DNA of 64,000 nt from Candidatus Babelota bacterium (GTDB lineage: Bacteria > Babelota > Babeliae > Babelales > Vermiphilaceae): contig JBHPCA010000002.1 in assembly GCA_042576225.1 (NCBI GenBank), positions 529 through 64,528 on the forward strand, given 5' to 3'. Below the pieces are notes generated by a model that saw nothing but the letters and a program-made list of their open reading frames with translations, was not told the DNA's origin and ran no database searches. This document shows positions 44,438 through 54,100 of the stretch, piece after piece. Numbering within the stretch: the stretch's first letter is position 1; each line of letters starts with the position of its first letter. Made by a program: the position numbers and the translations under genes.

Positions 44438-45868
44438 ATGCAAAAAAAAACTTTTATCCCAGAGAAATCTGGCAACAAATTATTTGGCTCAAATAAATTT
44501 AACACAAGCCTATTTGGCACAGACGGCATACGCGCACAAATGGGGCAAGGGCCGTTAACACCAGAAAGCATACAAAAACTGGGACAAGCCATAGGGATAT
44601 GGGCACAAGAAAAATATGGAGCCAATATGCGAGTATTGTTTGGCCATGATACCCGTACCTCATGTGATACAATAAAAGAGCATCTGGCGGCAGGATTATT
44701 ACCCTATGGGGCACAGATATATGACGGGCATGTCATACCAACCCCTGCGGTTGTAAAGCTTGTCACCGGCGAACCCAAAAAATTTAACTTTGGGGTAATC
44801 ATCACAGCCTCTCATAACCCATACCAAGATAATGGAATAAAAATCGTAGATGCAATAGATGGGAAGCTTAGCGCAGTTGACGAAGACAGGATCACAGAAA
44901 TTTTTTATACGCCAAAAAAGATTGCGAATAAGCCTGGAAAGTGCATAAAATATACCCAAGCAAAAGAGCAATACGCAAAAATAATAGCAGGATATTTCAA
45001 GCATAATTTATTAGAAAATCTCAAGATCGTACTTGATTGTGCTAATGGCGCAGCGTATCAGATTGCCCCTAAGATTTTCAAGAAACTAGGAGCCCAAGTA
45101 ATCACAGTTGCAAACACTCCTAACGGGAAAAATATAAACAATAATTGCGGCTCGCTGCACCCTCAAGGATTACAAAAAGTAGTTCTTGAGCAAAAAGCTG
45201 ATATCGGCTTTGCGTTTGATGGCGATGGGGATAGAATAGTTGCGATAAACAAAAATGGGGAAATAAAAGACGGCGATGATATCTTGTGTCTCTTGTCAGA
45301 CAACCCGGATTATAAAACCACAGCTGGCACAGCCACGGCTGGCACAGCCATATCTGGAACAACCATAATAGGCACAACTATCGTTGGTACAACTATGACA
45401 AATTATGGTCTTGAAGCTCACCTGAGAAAGAAAAAAATAAACTTTGTGCGCACCAAAGTGGGCGATAAATTTGTCGCAAAAGAGATGAAAAAGAAAAACG
45501 TGCTTCTTGGCGGAGAACCATCCGGGCATATTTTATTGCACAACTATATGTGCTGTTCTGATGGAATACTCACTGCGCTAAAACTAGTTGAGACAATCAA
45601 AGCAACCAATAACTGGAAACTTGAAAGCTTTAAAAAAACGCCCCAAGAAATAATAAACGTACCGGTAAAAGAAAAAAGAGATTTGCAAGAGCCAGTTATA
45701 AAAAAAATAATCTTAGGACATAAAAATAAAATTAAAAATGGGAGAATAATTGTAAGATATTCTGGCACTCAGAACCTCCTGCGTGTTATGGTAGAAGAAC
45801 AGGATGGTGTTTTGGCCAAAACAATTTGCAAGAGCCTAGCTCAAGAATTAAGAAATATATTAAATTAG
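44438..45868 (+). CDS. glmM: phosphoglucosamine mutase
   Basis: FGTDGIR, active-site TASHNPYQDNGIK, FDGDGDR and GGEPSGH. Contains a Thr/Gly/Ala/Ile low-complexity insertion. Confidence 0.92.
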   Translation: MQKKTFIPEKSGNKLFGSNKFNTSLFGTDGIRAQMGQGPLTPESIQKLGQAIGIWAQEKYGANMRVLFGHDTRTSCDTIKEHLAAGLLPYGAQIYDGHVIPTPAVVKLVTGEPKKFNFGVIITASHNPYQDNGIKIVDAIDGKLSAVDEDRITEIFYTPKKIANKPGKCIKYTQAKEQYAKIIAGYFKHNLLENLKIVLDCANGAAYQIAPKIFKKLGAQVITVANTPNGKNINNNCGSLHPQGLQKVVLEQKADIGFAFDGDGDRIVAINKNGEIKDGDDILCLLSDNPDYKTTAGTATAGTAISGTTIIGTTIVGTTMTNYGLEAHLRKKKINFVRTKVGDKFVAKEMKKKNVLLGGEPSGHILLHNYMCCSDGILTALKLVETIKATNNWKLESFKKTPQEIINVPVKEKRDLQEPVIKKIILGHKNKIKNGRIIVRYSGTQNLLRVMVEEQDGVLAKTICKSLAQELRNILN

Positions 45869-45877
45869 GGAGAAATT

Positions 45878-46522
45878 ATGTGTTTTTGCCCACTGAGTAA
45901 AATTTTAGGAAGATTCTTTCGCTTTTTGTGGTCGCTCTTTTTAAACGGCCTTTTAACAATTTTGCCTATTACATTCACGATCGTTATATTTACTATTTCT
46001 TTTAGACTTATCACTAACTGGCTAGAGCCAATTAAAAATATCCAACCAGAATTTCTCAAAAAAATACCCTACGCAGAAGTTATTTTGGCCATTTTGGCAA
46101 TATTTTTGTTGGGAACCATATTAAAAATATTTATTTTAAAACGCATTATTCATATAATTGAAAATGTAATATCAAAAATTCCACTTATTCGACCAATCTA
46201 TAATGGCATAAAACAGCTGGTTAAAGCTCTTTCGGGTAAAAGCAAACTTTCGTTTAAGCAGGTCGTCGTTATAGAATTTCCAAGACGAGGAATATTCTGC
46301 ATCGGCTTTTTAACAAGCGAGCTACCAACCCAAATAGCCCCTGAGAACGGCCAAAAATATTTCAATATCTATATGCCTACCGCACCAAACCCAACCAGCG
46401 GGTATTATATTATTTTGCCGGAAAAAGATATTAGAAAAATTGATCTGACGCGGCAAGAGGCTATGGCAATGGTAATCTCCGGTGGCATTGTACAGCCAGA
46501 CAGGTTCAAACAAAAAAAATAA
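45878..46522 (+). CDS. DUF502-family membrane protein
   Basis: Two TM segments, IPLIRPIYNGIKQLV, VVVIEFPRRGIFCIGFLT, MPTAPNPTSGYYIILP and MAMVISGG. Confidence 0.65.
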   Translation: MCFCPLSKILGRFFRFLWSLFLNGLLTILPITFTIVIFTISFRLITNWLEPIKNIQPEFLKKIPYAEVILAILAIFLLGTILKIFILKRIIHIIENVISKIPLIRPIYNGIKQLVKALSGKSKLSFKQVVVIEFPRRGIFCIGFLTSELPTQIAPENGQKYFNIYMPTAPNPTSGYYIILPEKDIRKIDLTRQEAMAMVISGGIVQPDRFKQKK

Positions 46523-46537
46523 TACTTTAAACACAGG

Positions 46538-47530
46538 TTATGGGCAAAACTCACGGGCAAAGAACTTGGAATAAAAAAGATCGAGCGAGAATGGATCACC
46601 GCCGTTCTTAAGCGAATAATCTATCGAATACAAGAAATTATGGGCATTGGAAAGTTCATCAAAAGAAAAGTTTCGCCAACTTCTTTGCATAAAAGAAAAC
46701 GGAAGCCTAAAGCTGATTTTTCTTGCATCAGCTATCTTTCTTTCTTGCATTAGCACAATAACATTGGATGCACGCCATATTTGTTCTGACCAGTAGGTAA
46801 TCCAAAACTGCTCTGGGTAATCGTCTTTGAGATCGCGCCAAAGTTTAAAAAATATATGTGGGTTTCTATTAAAAAAATATTGCGCTAACGTAAAAAGTGA
46901 CTTTTCTGGTGTTATGATTTTTACAAGCCAGCTATCACAAAAATCTTTATATTTTCTACCAGCCAGAGACGCATAGTTCATTAATATACAAGCTAGATCT
47001 AACGTAAGCTTACTATTTTGAGAAAACATATCTAAAATAATTTTATTAAAAGACTTTGTTTTTGGCTTTGCACAAAATTGCACTAGCTTAATAAAAGTTC
47101 TTTGATCAACAAAAGGGTCTATCTCTATGACAAGATTTTTATTGCTTAGCCCAAGCTTGACAGCACTATCTGAGTAAAACGCAACTAAATTGGGGCCTGT
47201 ATAGTTTTTCAAGTAGGCAACCCAACTGGATTTATCTTTGGCTTTTAACGCAGATACATCTTCAAGCCAATAAAACTTTTTCTGCCCTAAAAACGTCGTC
47301 TCCAGTTTGGATTTCACAGTTGAGGCATTTTGAGCAGCCAAGTTTATAGCCTCTGTGCCAACTATACCATTTATACCAGTAGGCATAAACACTTTAAGTT
47401 TTTTAATAAAAAAAGAAAAAAAGAGCAATGGGTACTGCCCTTTAGAACTGGACTTGAAGTGAAACAAAACATGCTCACTAAAAACCGGCGATTTTGTATT
47501 AATTTTGTCTATAAATTCTATAAGTCTCAT
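46538..47530 (-). CDS. holA: probable DNA polymerase III delta subunit
   Basis: 330 aa. The pattern resembles HolA (LETTFLGQKKFYWLEDVS; helical C-terminal domain with SLFTLAQYFF, FWITYWSEQIW, ELSNAHNFLYSIDYSLKNG). Weak by-eye call. Confidence 0.4.
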   Translation of the reverse strand: MRLIEFIDKINTKSPVFSEHVLFHFKSSSKGQYPLLFFSFFIKKLKVFMPTGINGIVGTEAINLAAQNASTVKSKLETTFLGQKKFYWLEDVSALKAKDKSSWVAYLKNYTGPNLVAFYSDSAVKLGLSNKNLVIEIDPFVDQRTFIKLVQFCAKPKTKSFNKIILDMFSQNSKLTLDLACILMNYASLAGRKYKDFCDSWLVKIITPEKSLFTLAQYFFNRNPHIFFKLWRDLKDDYPEQFWITYWSEQIWRASNVIVLMQERKIADARKISFRLPFSFMQRSWRNFSFDELSNAHNFLYSIDYSLKNGGDPFSLDLFYSKFFAREFCP

Positions 47531-47581
47531 AGATAATAAAGTACACGCACTTACCCGTTTTGTCTATTTTTTTATATGTTT

Positions 47582-48526
47582 TTATCTATTGGCCAAGCTA
47601 AAAAACGGTGTTTTATTATTTTTCTTCCCATGCTCCTTTTTTGACTTTTCTCGAGCGTCACAAGAACTATTCTCAAGAGACTTAGTCTCCTGAGAATAAT
47701 CGCAAGATTTTTTGCTAAAAACAGCATCAAACAGATTATCGCCAATATTCAAAATATTACTTACCCCTAGGCAAGCAAACTCTTTTGCCTTCTCAAACTG
47801 CTCCCAAGTGATTAGACCCTTCTCAGCACCTCCTTGGATCTCAACTATTTTATTTGATTTAGTTATCACAAAGTTAAAATCTGCATCTGCAATACTATCT
47901 TCTTCGTAACTGAGATCAAGTAACACGTCATGAGTATTATCACTAGAATTGTCGCTAGAACTATCGTTAGGGCTCTTATCCAAATTATCTTGATTATTTG
48001 AGTTATCGCCCGTAGTGTTTATAACGCCCACAGATATTGCAGCCACATGGTCAGTGAGAATAATTTCTTTGATAAACTTTCTTTTTAGCCAATATGCTTG
48101 TGCAGCCCGTAAGGCCAAGCAGGCACCGGTAATGCACGCCGTTCTTGTGCCACCATCTGCCTGCAAAACATCACAGTCTATATAAATAGTACGTTCGCCT
48201 ATTGCGTCAAGATTTACTATCGTTCGCAAAGATCTACCAATCAATCTTGATATCTCTACTGAACGACCATTTTTACGCATGAGGGTCGCTTCACGAACTA
48301 TTCTATTGGTAGATGATGTTGGAAGCATCGCATACTCAGCCGTAAGCCATCCCGTTTTTTTGCCTTTTAAAAACGGCGGAACACCATTTTGCATAGACGC
48401 AGAACATAACACTTTTGTATTACCAAGTTCAAAAAGAACAGAACCCGCAGCATAGCCAAACGTATTAAAAGATACTTTGGCGTGCCTTAAACAGTTATAG
48501 GCACGCCCATCTCTTCGCTCAAACAT
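47582..48526 (-). CDS. rph: ribonuclease PH with low-complexity insertion and C-terminal extension
   Basis: RDGRAYNCLR, GSVLFELGNTKVLC, WLTAEYAMLP, GRSVEISRLIGRSLR and DCDVLQADGGTRTACITGA. 314 aa versus about 240 typical. Confidence 0.88.
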   Translation of the reverse strand: MFERRDGRAYNCLRHAKVSFNTFGYAAGSVLFELGNTKVLCSASMQNGVPPFLKGKKTGWLTAEYAMLPTSSTNRIVREATLMRKNGRSVEISRLIGRSLRTIVNLDAIGERTIYIDCDVLQADGGTRTACITGACLALRAAQAYWLKRKFIKEIILTDHVAAISVGVINTTGDNSNNQDNLDKSPNDSSSDNSSDNTHDVLLDLSYEEDSIADADFNFVITKSNKIVEIQGGAEKGLITWEQFEKAKEFACLGVSNILNIGDNLFDAVFSKKSCDYSQETKSLENSSCDAREKSKKEHGKKNNKTPFFSLANR

Positions 48527-48533
48527 ATTTTCT

Positions 48534-50627
48534 TTAGCTATTATTTTCTTCTATAATTTTTAATCGAATTCGACCTGTCGTTGGATCATAGCTTATAACC
48601 TCAACCTCAACTTTTTGGTCAACTTTGTATTGGCGCATAAAGTCTTTTTGTTTATCTCTTGGGATATTGGACACGTGAACAAGACCATCTGCCCCAGGAA
48701 CCAACTCAACAAACAGACCAAAGTCAGCGATTCTTCTTACTATCCCAACATAGCGAGATCCATCTTCTATTTGGCCACCTAAAACTTTAACCCATGCTAA
48801 TGCTTTTTCAATATCAGCATCTGGGCCACCGTAAATTCTGACCTTTCCTTCACCGTCTATGTCAATATTTGTCTTTGTTACGTCTATGATCTCACGAATT
48901 ATTTTACCACCAGTGCCAATTATAGCACCAATTTTATCTGTCGGAACAGTGATGGAAATAACTTTAGGAACAAGGTCTGAAAGTTCCGCTTTTGGTTTGG
49001 ACATAACTTTTTTCATCTGATCAAGAATATAGATTCTGCCATTTTTAGCCTGCTCTAATGCTGACTCAAAAACCTCTCTTGGGAAACCGGCTTTGTGTTT
49101 AATATCCATCTGAATCGCAGTTATACCCTCATCGGTACCAGTTACCTTAAAGTCCATTAAACCAAAGGCATCTTCAAACCCAGAAATATCTGTGAGTACT
49201 GCCCATGCACCATCAGATGACCTTCTTAAAAGCCCTGTTGCAACACCACCGACCATCTTTTTCAACGGCACACCAGTATCCATTAAAGCCATAGTAGAAC
49301 CACAAGTTGTTGCCATAGAAGTAGAACCATCTGATTCTAACATATCGGCAATTATTCTTATTGTGTAAGGGAAATCTTCTTTGCTAGGAAGAAGATACTT
49401 AAACGAAGATTTCGCCAAGTACCCATGACCAATTTCACGTCTTCCTGGCCCCCTTAAAAAACGAGCCTCTCCAACTGAGAACGGAGGAAAATTGTAATGA
49501 AGCATAAAAGCTGAACCTTTAGGCTCATCTAATATCCCCTCTATCTTCTGCTCATCTTGACCACCGCCTAAGGTTACACTTACTAACGCCTGTGTTTTTC
49601 CACGATTAAAGAGCGCAGAACCATGTGTGGTTGGCAAAAGACCAACTTCTGTTGTAATTTTTCGCACCTGGTCAAACGCACGTCCATCAACACGAACATT
49701 TTTGTCTATAACACAATCTGTAAGCTTTTTCTTTAAAACTAAATCTAAAATATAATTTATAACAGACTGATGTGTTTCTGTCTCTTCTATTTCATCTTTA
49801 TATTTATTATTGAAATCTTCTTTCAGTTTCTTAAGATTGTCTTTACGTTCTACTTTATCTGCAACGTACATCGACTCTACATATTCTTTTGTAAGAAACT
49901 TATCAACTTTTGCTTTCCAACCGTCCCAATCAATTCCATCATCAGGAATTTCTTCTACAACGCTTAGCTCTTTTTTAATCTTTTTTTGCCACTCTACTTG
50001 TTTTTTGATTCTCTCATGGGATTTAAACATTATGTCAAGAAAATCAGATTCTGAAATCTGGTTAGTAGAGCCTTCAACCATACAAATACCTTCTTGAGTC
50101 CCTGCAAAAACAATACGAGCATCAGATTCTAGTGTTAACTCATAAGAAGGATCGAATATCCATTGACCATCTACCTTTCCAACTTCAACAACACCAACAG
50201 GCCCAAAAAACGGTATCTTAGAAACAGTAAGCGCTATTGAAGCCGCAAGTAAAGCTAATTTACCTGGTGTATGCTTTTTATCAACTGAGTATACCGTTAC
50301 AAGAACTTGTAAATTGCTAAAATAGGTCTCAGGAAAAAGGGGTCTTATAGCCCTATCTATTAAACGGGATATTAAAACCTCTCTATCTGTAGATTTACCT
50401 TCTCTTTTGAAATACCCTCCGGGTATTTTCCCTGCCGCAGAAAACGGCTCTCTATAATCTGTTGTTAACGGTAAAAATCCTAGAAACTCTTTTGAAGGAT
50501 TAGATACAACGGTAGCAAGTAACAACGTATCACCCTGCCTAAACCAGGCCGCACCATCAGCTTGACCAGCAACCTTGCCAATATCAACAGAATACCCAAA
50601 CTCATCTAATTTAAAAATCTTTGACAT
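48534..50627 (-). CDS. pnp: polyribonucleotide nucleotidyltransferase (PNPase)
   Basis: Two RNase PH-like domains (REISRLIDRAIRPLFP; RREIGHGYLAKSS), a KH domain (IGAIIGTGGKIIREI) and an S1 domain (YVGIVRRIADFGLFVEL). Confidence 0.95.
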   Translation of the reverse strand: MSKIFKLDEFGYSVDIGKVAGQADGAAWFRQGDTLLLATVVSNPSKEFLGFLPLTTDYREPFSAAGKIPGGYFKREGKSTDREVLISRLIDRAIRPLFPETYFSNLQVLVTVYSVDKKHTPGKLALLAASIALTVSKIPFFGPVGVVEVGKVDGQWIFDPSYELTLESDARIVFAGTQEGICMVEGSTNQISESDFLDIMFKSHERIKKQVEWQKKIKKELSVVEEIPDDGIDWDGWKAKVDKFLTKEYVESMYVADKVERKDNLKKLKEDFNNKYKDEIEETETHQSVINYILDLVLKKKLTDCVIDKNVRVDGRAFDQVRKITTEVGLLPTTHGSALFNRGKTQALVSVTLGGGQDEQKIEGILDEPKGSAFMLHYNFPPFSVGEARFLRGPGRREIGHGYLAKSSFKYLLPSKEDFPYTIRIIADMLESDGSTSMATTCGSTMALMDTGVPLKKMVGGVATGLLRRSSDGAWAVLTDISGFEDAFGLMDFKVTGTDEGITAIQMDIKHKAGFPREVFESALEQAKNGRIYILDQMKKVMSKPKAELSDLVPKVISITVPTDKIGAIIGTGGKIIREIIDVTKTNIDIDGEGKVRIYGGPDADIEKALAWVKVLGGQIEDGSRYVGIVRRIADFGLFVELVPGADGLVHVSNIPRDKQKDFMRQYKVDQKVEVEVISYDPTTGRIRLKIIEENNS

Positions 50628-50666
50628 ATGTAAACCTACAATAATTAAAATCCCAATTAAAAAATT

Positions 50667-50936
50667 TTATCTTTTTAACTCTAAGCGTTTTATAAGCTCT
50701 CTGTATTGATTCTCATCTTCACGCTCAAGATATTTCAAGAACCTGCGTCTTCGAGAAATCATTTTAAAAAGCCCACGCTTTGAAGAAAAATCTTTTTTAT
50801 TTTCCTTCAAGTGCTCTGTTAAACACTTAATATGCTCTGAGAGCATTGCAATTTGCAACTGCACAGAACCTGTATCGCTATCATTTATTCTATACTGAGA
50901 AACCAACTTCTCTTTTTCTTCTTTCGTTATTGCCAT
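50667..50936 (-). CDS. rpsO: 30S ribosomal protein S15
   Basis: MAITKEEKEKLVSQY...DTGSVQLQIAMLSEHIKCLTEHLKENKKDFSSKRGL..MISRRRRFLKYL. The track ORF begins 6 codons upstream. Confidence 0.9.
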   Translation of the reverse strand: MAITKEEKEKLVSQYRINDSDTGSVQLQIAMLSEHIKCLTEHLKENKKDFSSKRGLFKMISRRRRFLKYLEREDENQYRELIKRLELKR

Positions 50937-51007
50937 GTTATTTAAAACCCGCATTTTAAAATAAATTAAACATATATATCACAAAATATTATATCAAAAT
51001 ATTGTGC

Positions 51008-51082
51008 TGGTAGGCGCGAGTGGAATTGAACCACCGGCCCTTGCTACGTCAAAGCAATGCTCTACCACTGAGCTACGCGCCT
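51008..51082 (-). tRNA. tRNA-Val (anticodon GAC), CCA encoded
   Basis: Minus-strand cloverleaf by hand: AGGCGCG-TA-GCTC-AGTGGTA-GAGC-A-TTGCT-TTGACGT-AGCAA-GGGCC-GGTGG-TTCAATT-CCACT-CGCGCCT-A-CCA. Confidence 0.85.
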
Positions 51083-51103
51083 AAAATATTTCAATATCTT
51101 TTC

Positions 51104-54100
51104 CTACTTATTTTTTTCTTTATTCAACTGCTTATCTATCTCTTTCTCTTCTTCCTGCTTGGCCTGCCTTTCTAAGTCAGACATATCGTCTCCAAGATAT
51201 TTATTTCTAAAAGACTCTATTCCTGTACCCGCTGGTATTAGTTTACCAACAATTACATTTTCTTTTAAGCCATATAAGCAATCAACTTGTCCAGAAATCG
51301 CAGCCTCTGATAAAATACGTGTTGTTTCCTGGAAAGATGCTGCTGAAATAAAGCTTTCTGTATCTAATGATGCCGTGGTAATACCCATCAAAAACGGCTT
51401 TGCCGCGGCTACCTTCTTTCCTTCCGCTTTTAATAATGAGTTAACATTTTTAAAATGTATTCTATCAACTCTATCACCAATTAAGAAATCAGAATCGCCG
51501 CTTTCTATGACTCTTACTTTACGCATCATTTGTCGTACAATTACCTCAATGTGCCTATCATTAATCTTAATCCCTTGCAGCAAATATATCTCCTGTATAT
51601 TATCTACCAGGTATTTCTGCACAACTTCAGGACCTAAGATTCTTAACATATCGTGCAGCACAGGAACACCCGTTGTGATAAGGTCACCAGCGCTAACACT
51701 TTCACCGTTTACTACGTTAAGCTGCTTTCCTCGAGGAATAAGATAATCATAAGATTCACTTCCAGAAACAATTGATATTTTTCTCATGCCCCTATGAAGT
51801 CCTGCAAAAACAACCTCCCCATCTATATCAGATATAATTGCAGGCTCTTTTGGCATTCGAGCTTCAAATAATTCTGCAATTCTAGGAAGACCACCAGTAA
51901 TATCTTTCGTCTTAGATACTTCACGAGGCATTTTAACCAGTACATCTCCTGGCTCAATACGTTGCCCATCTTTTATTGCTAAATATGAACCCGCAGGTAA
52001 ATAGTATTGCGTAATCTCCTGGCCCTTATCATCCAAAATACTTACAGCTGGCTGATACTTATCGCCTTTTCGATCTAAAACAATGTAGTTTGAAACTCCA
52101 GTAGCCTCATCAAATTTCTCTTGAATTGTAACGTTTTCAATGACATCTACAAACTCAACTTTACCACCTTTTTCAGTTAAAAGAATTTTGTTATGAGCAT
52201 CCCACTCTGCTAGTTTTTTTCCTTTTTTAACTTCTTGCCCATCTTCTACTAATAACGTTGAGCCATACTCAAGTGCATGCTCCTGCAACTCTCTACCATC
52301 TTTAGAAACAATTAATATTTTTCCTTTTCTACTGATAATAACGTCTTTATTTTCCTTGTTCCTTAATAAACGGATATTTTGAAGTTGCACAACCCCCTCC
52401 TGCTTTGCAGTGAAGAAAGGCTGTTCGGCCATACCACTCGCAGTACCTCCAATGTGAAAGGTTCTCATAGTAAGCTGTGTACCAGGCTCACCAATAGACT
52501 GTGCAGCTATAACACCAACAGTAACTCCCACATCTACAACCCCTCCTTTTGAGAGATCGTATCCATAACACATTGCACAAACACCACGCTTTGCTTGACA
52601 TGTCAATACTGAACGAATGCAAAGTTTAGAAATCGCAGAATCTGATATCCTTTTGACCGCTTGTCTATCTACGACACATCCCTGTTTAAGTATAACTTCA
52701 CCTGTTATAGGGTCTTTTGCATCGGCTGCCAAAACTCTTCCAAATACACGATCAGATAACTCACAAAGCACATCTCCCGATTCTTTGAGATCTTCAATCT
52801 CTATGTACCCTAACGTCTTACAATCTTTAAGCGTAATAATCGTATCTTGAGCAACATCGACCAACCTTCTGGTTAAATACCCAGAGTTTGCAGTTTTAAG
52901 GGCTGTATCGGCCTGACCTTTACGAGCACCGTGAGTAGAAATAAAGTACTCAAATACTTCCAACCCATCTTTGAAGTTAGTTTTGACGGGAGTCTCCATA
53001 ATCTCACCGGTTGGTTTGGCCATCATACCACGCATACCAACAAGCTGCTTAATCTGATCTTTAGACCCTCGAGCCCCAGATACTAACATCATAAATATAG
53101 GGTTAAATGGCTCAAAAACCTTATCCTCATTCAAGAATGACATCTCGTTCTGCTCTTCTAAATCATTCAACATCTCAGATGCAACATCTGCGGTTGCTCG
53201 AGCCCAAATTCCTATAACTTTATTGTAGCGCTCACCATTTGTGATAACACCATCTCTATAAAGCTGCTCTATCTCATGAACTTTTTTGTCAGCCTCATCT
53301 ATAATTAAGTCTTTTTTCACAGGAACAAGCAAATCTTGAATTGAAAATGATACACCACCCATAGTCGCATTATAAAAACCGAGTTTTTTCATTCTATCCA
53401 AGCACTTTACAGCAACATCAGAGCCAAAATTATAATAAACAAGCTCAACTAATTTCACCAAGTCGGCCTTTTTCATAATTTTGTTTATCCAACTGAAATC
53501 AGAGCCTTCAGGCAATGCGTCATAAAGCACAACTCTTCCAACAGAAGTTTCTACAATTTTTTCACCTAATCTCACTTTAATCTTAGTGTGAAGATCTACT
53601 TGTTTATACTGATACGCAGTTATAACTTCCTTAAGATCAGAGAACACCATGCCCTCTCCCTTACTATTATGCCTAATCTTAGTCATATAGTGAAGGCCAA
53701 GCACCATGTCTTGAGAAGGTACCGTAATTGGTCTACCACTCGCAGGAGAAAGAATATTTTTTGTAGATAACACCAAAGCCTTAGATTCATCTTGAGCTTT
53801 TTTACTTAAAGGTACGTGTACTGCCATCTGGTCACCGTCAAAGTCAGCGTTAAATGCTGAACAAACGAGCGGATGAAGTGTGATAGCTTTCCCATCAACC
53901 AATATTGGATAAAACGCCTGGATACCAAGTCTGTGAAGAGTTGGAGCACGGTTTAACAGAACAACTCTGTCTTTTACCACATCCTCCAATACATCCCAAA
54001 TTTCCTCATCTAAGTTTTCCACCATCTTTTTTGCTATGCGCAAGTTAGCAGCAATTTCTCTTTCTAGCAGACCCCCGTACACATACGACTTAAACAACTC

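Noticed and set aside
51159-51746. 195-aa plus-strand ORF inside rpoC, and similar antisense ORFs at 52617-52850, 53588-53770, 54218-54406 and 54890-55084.
   Set aside because: Each lies entirely inside rpoC, whose minus-strand translation is unmistakable. Their composition is Ser/Ile/Cys-rich junk typical of antisense frames in AT-rich genes.
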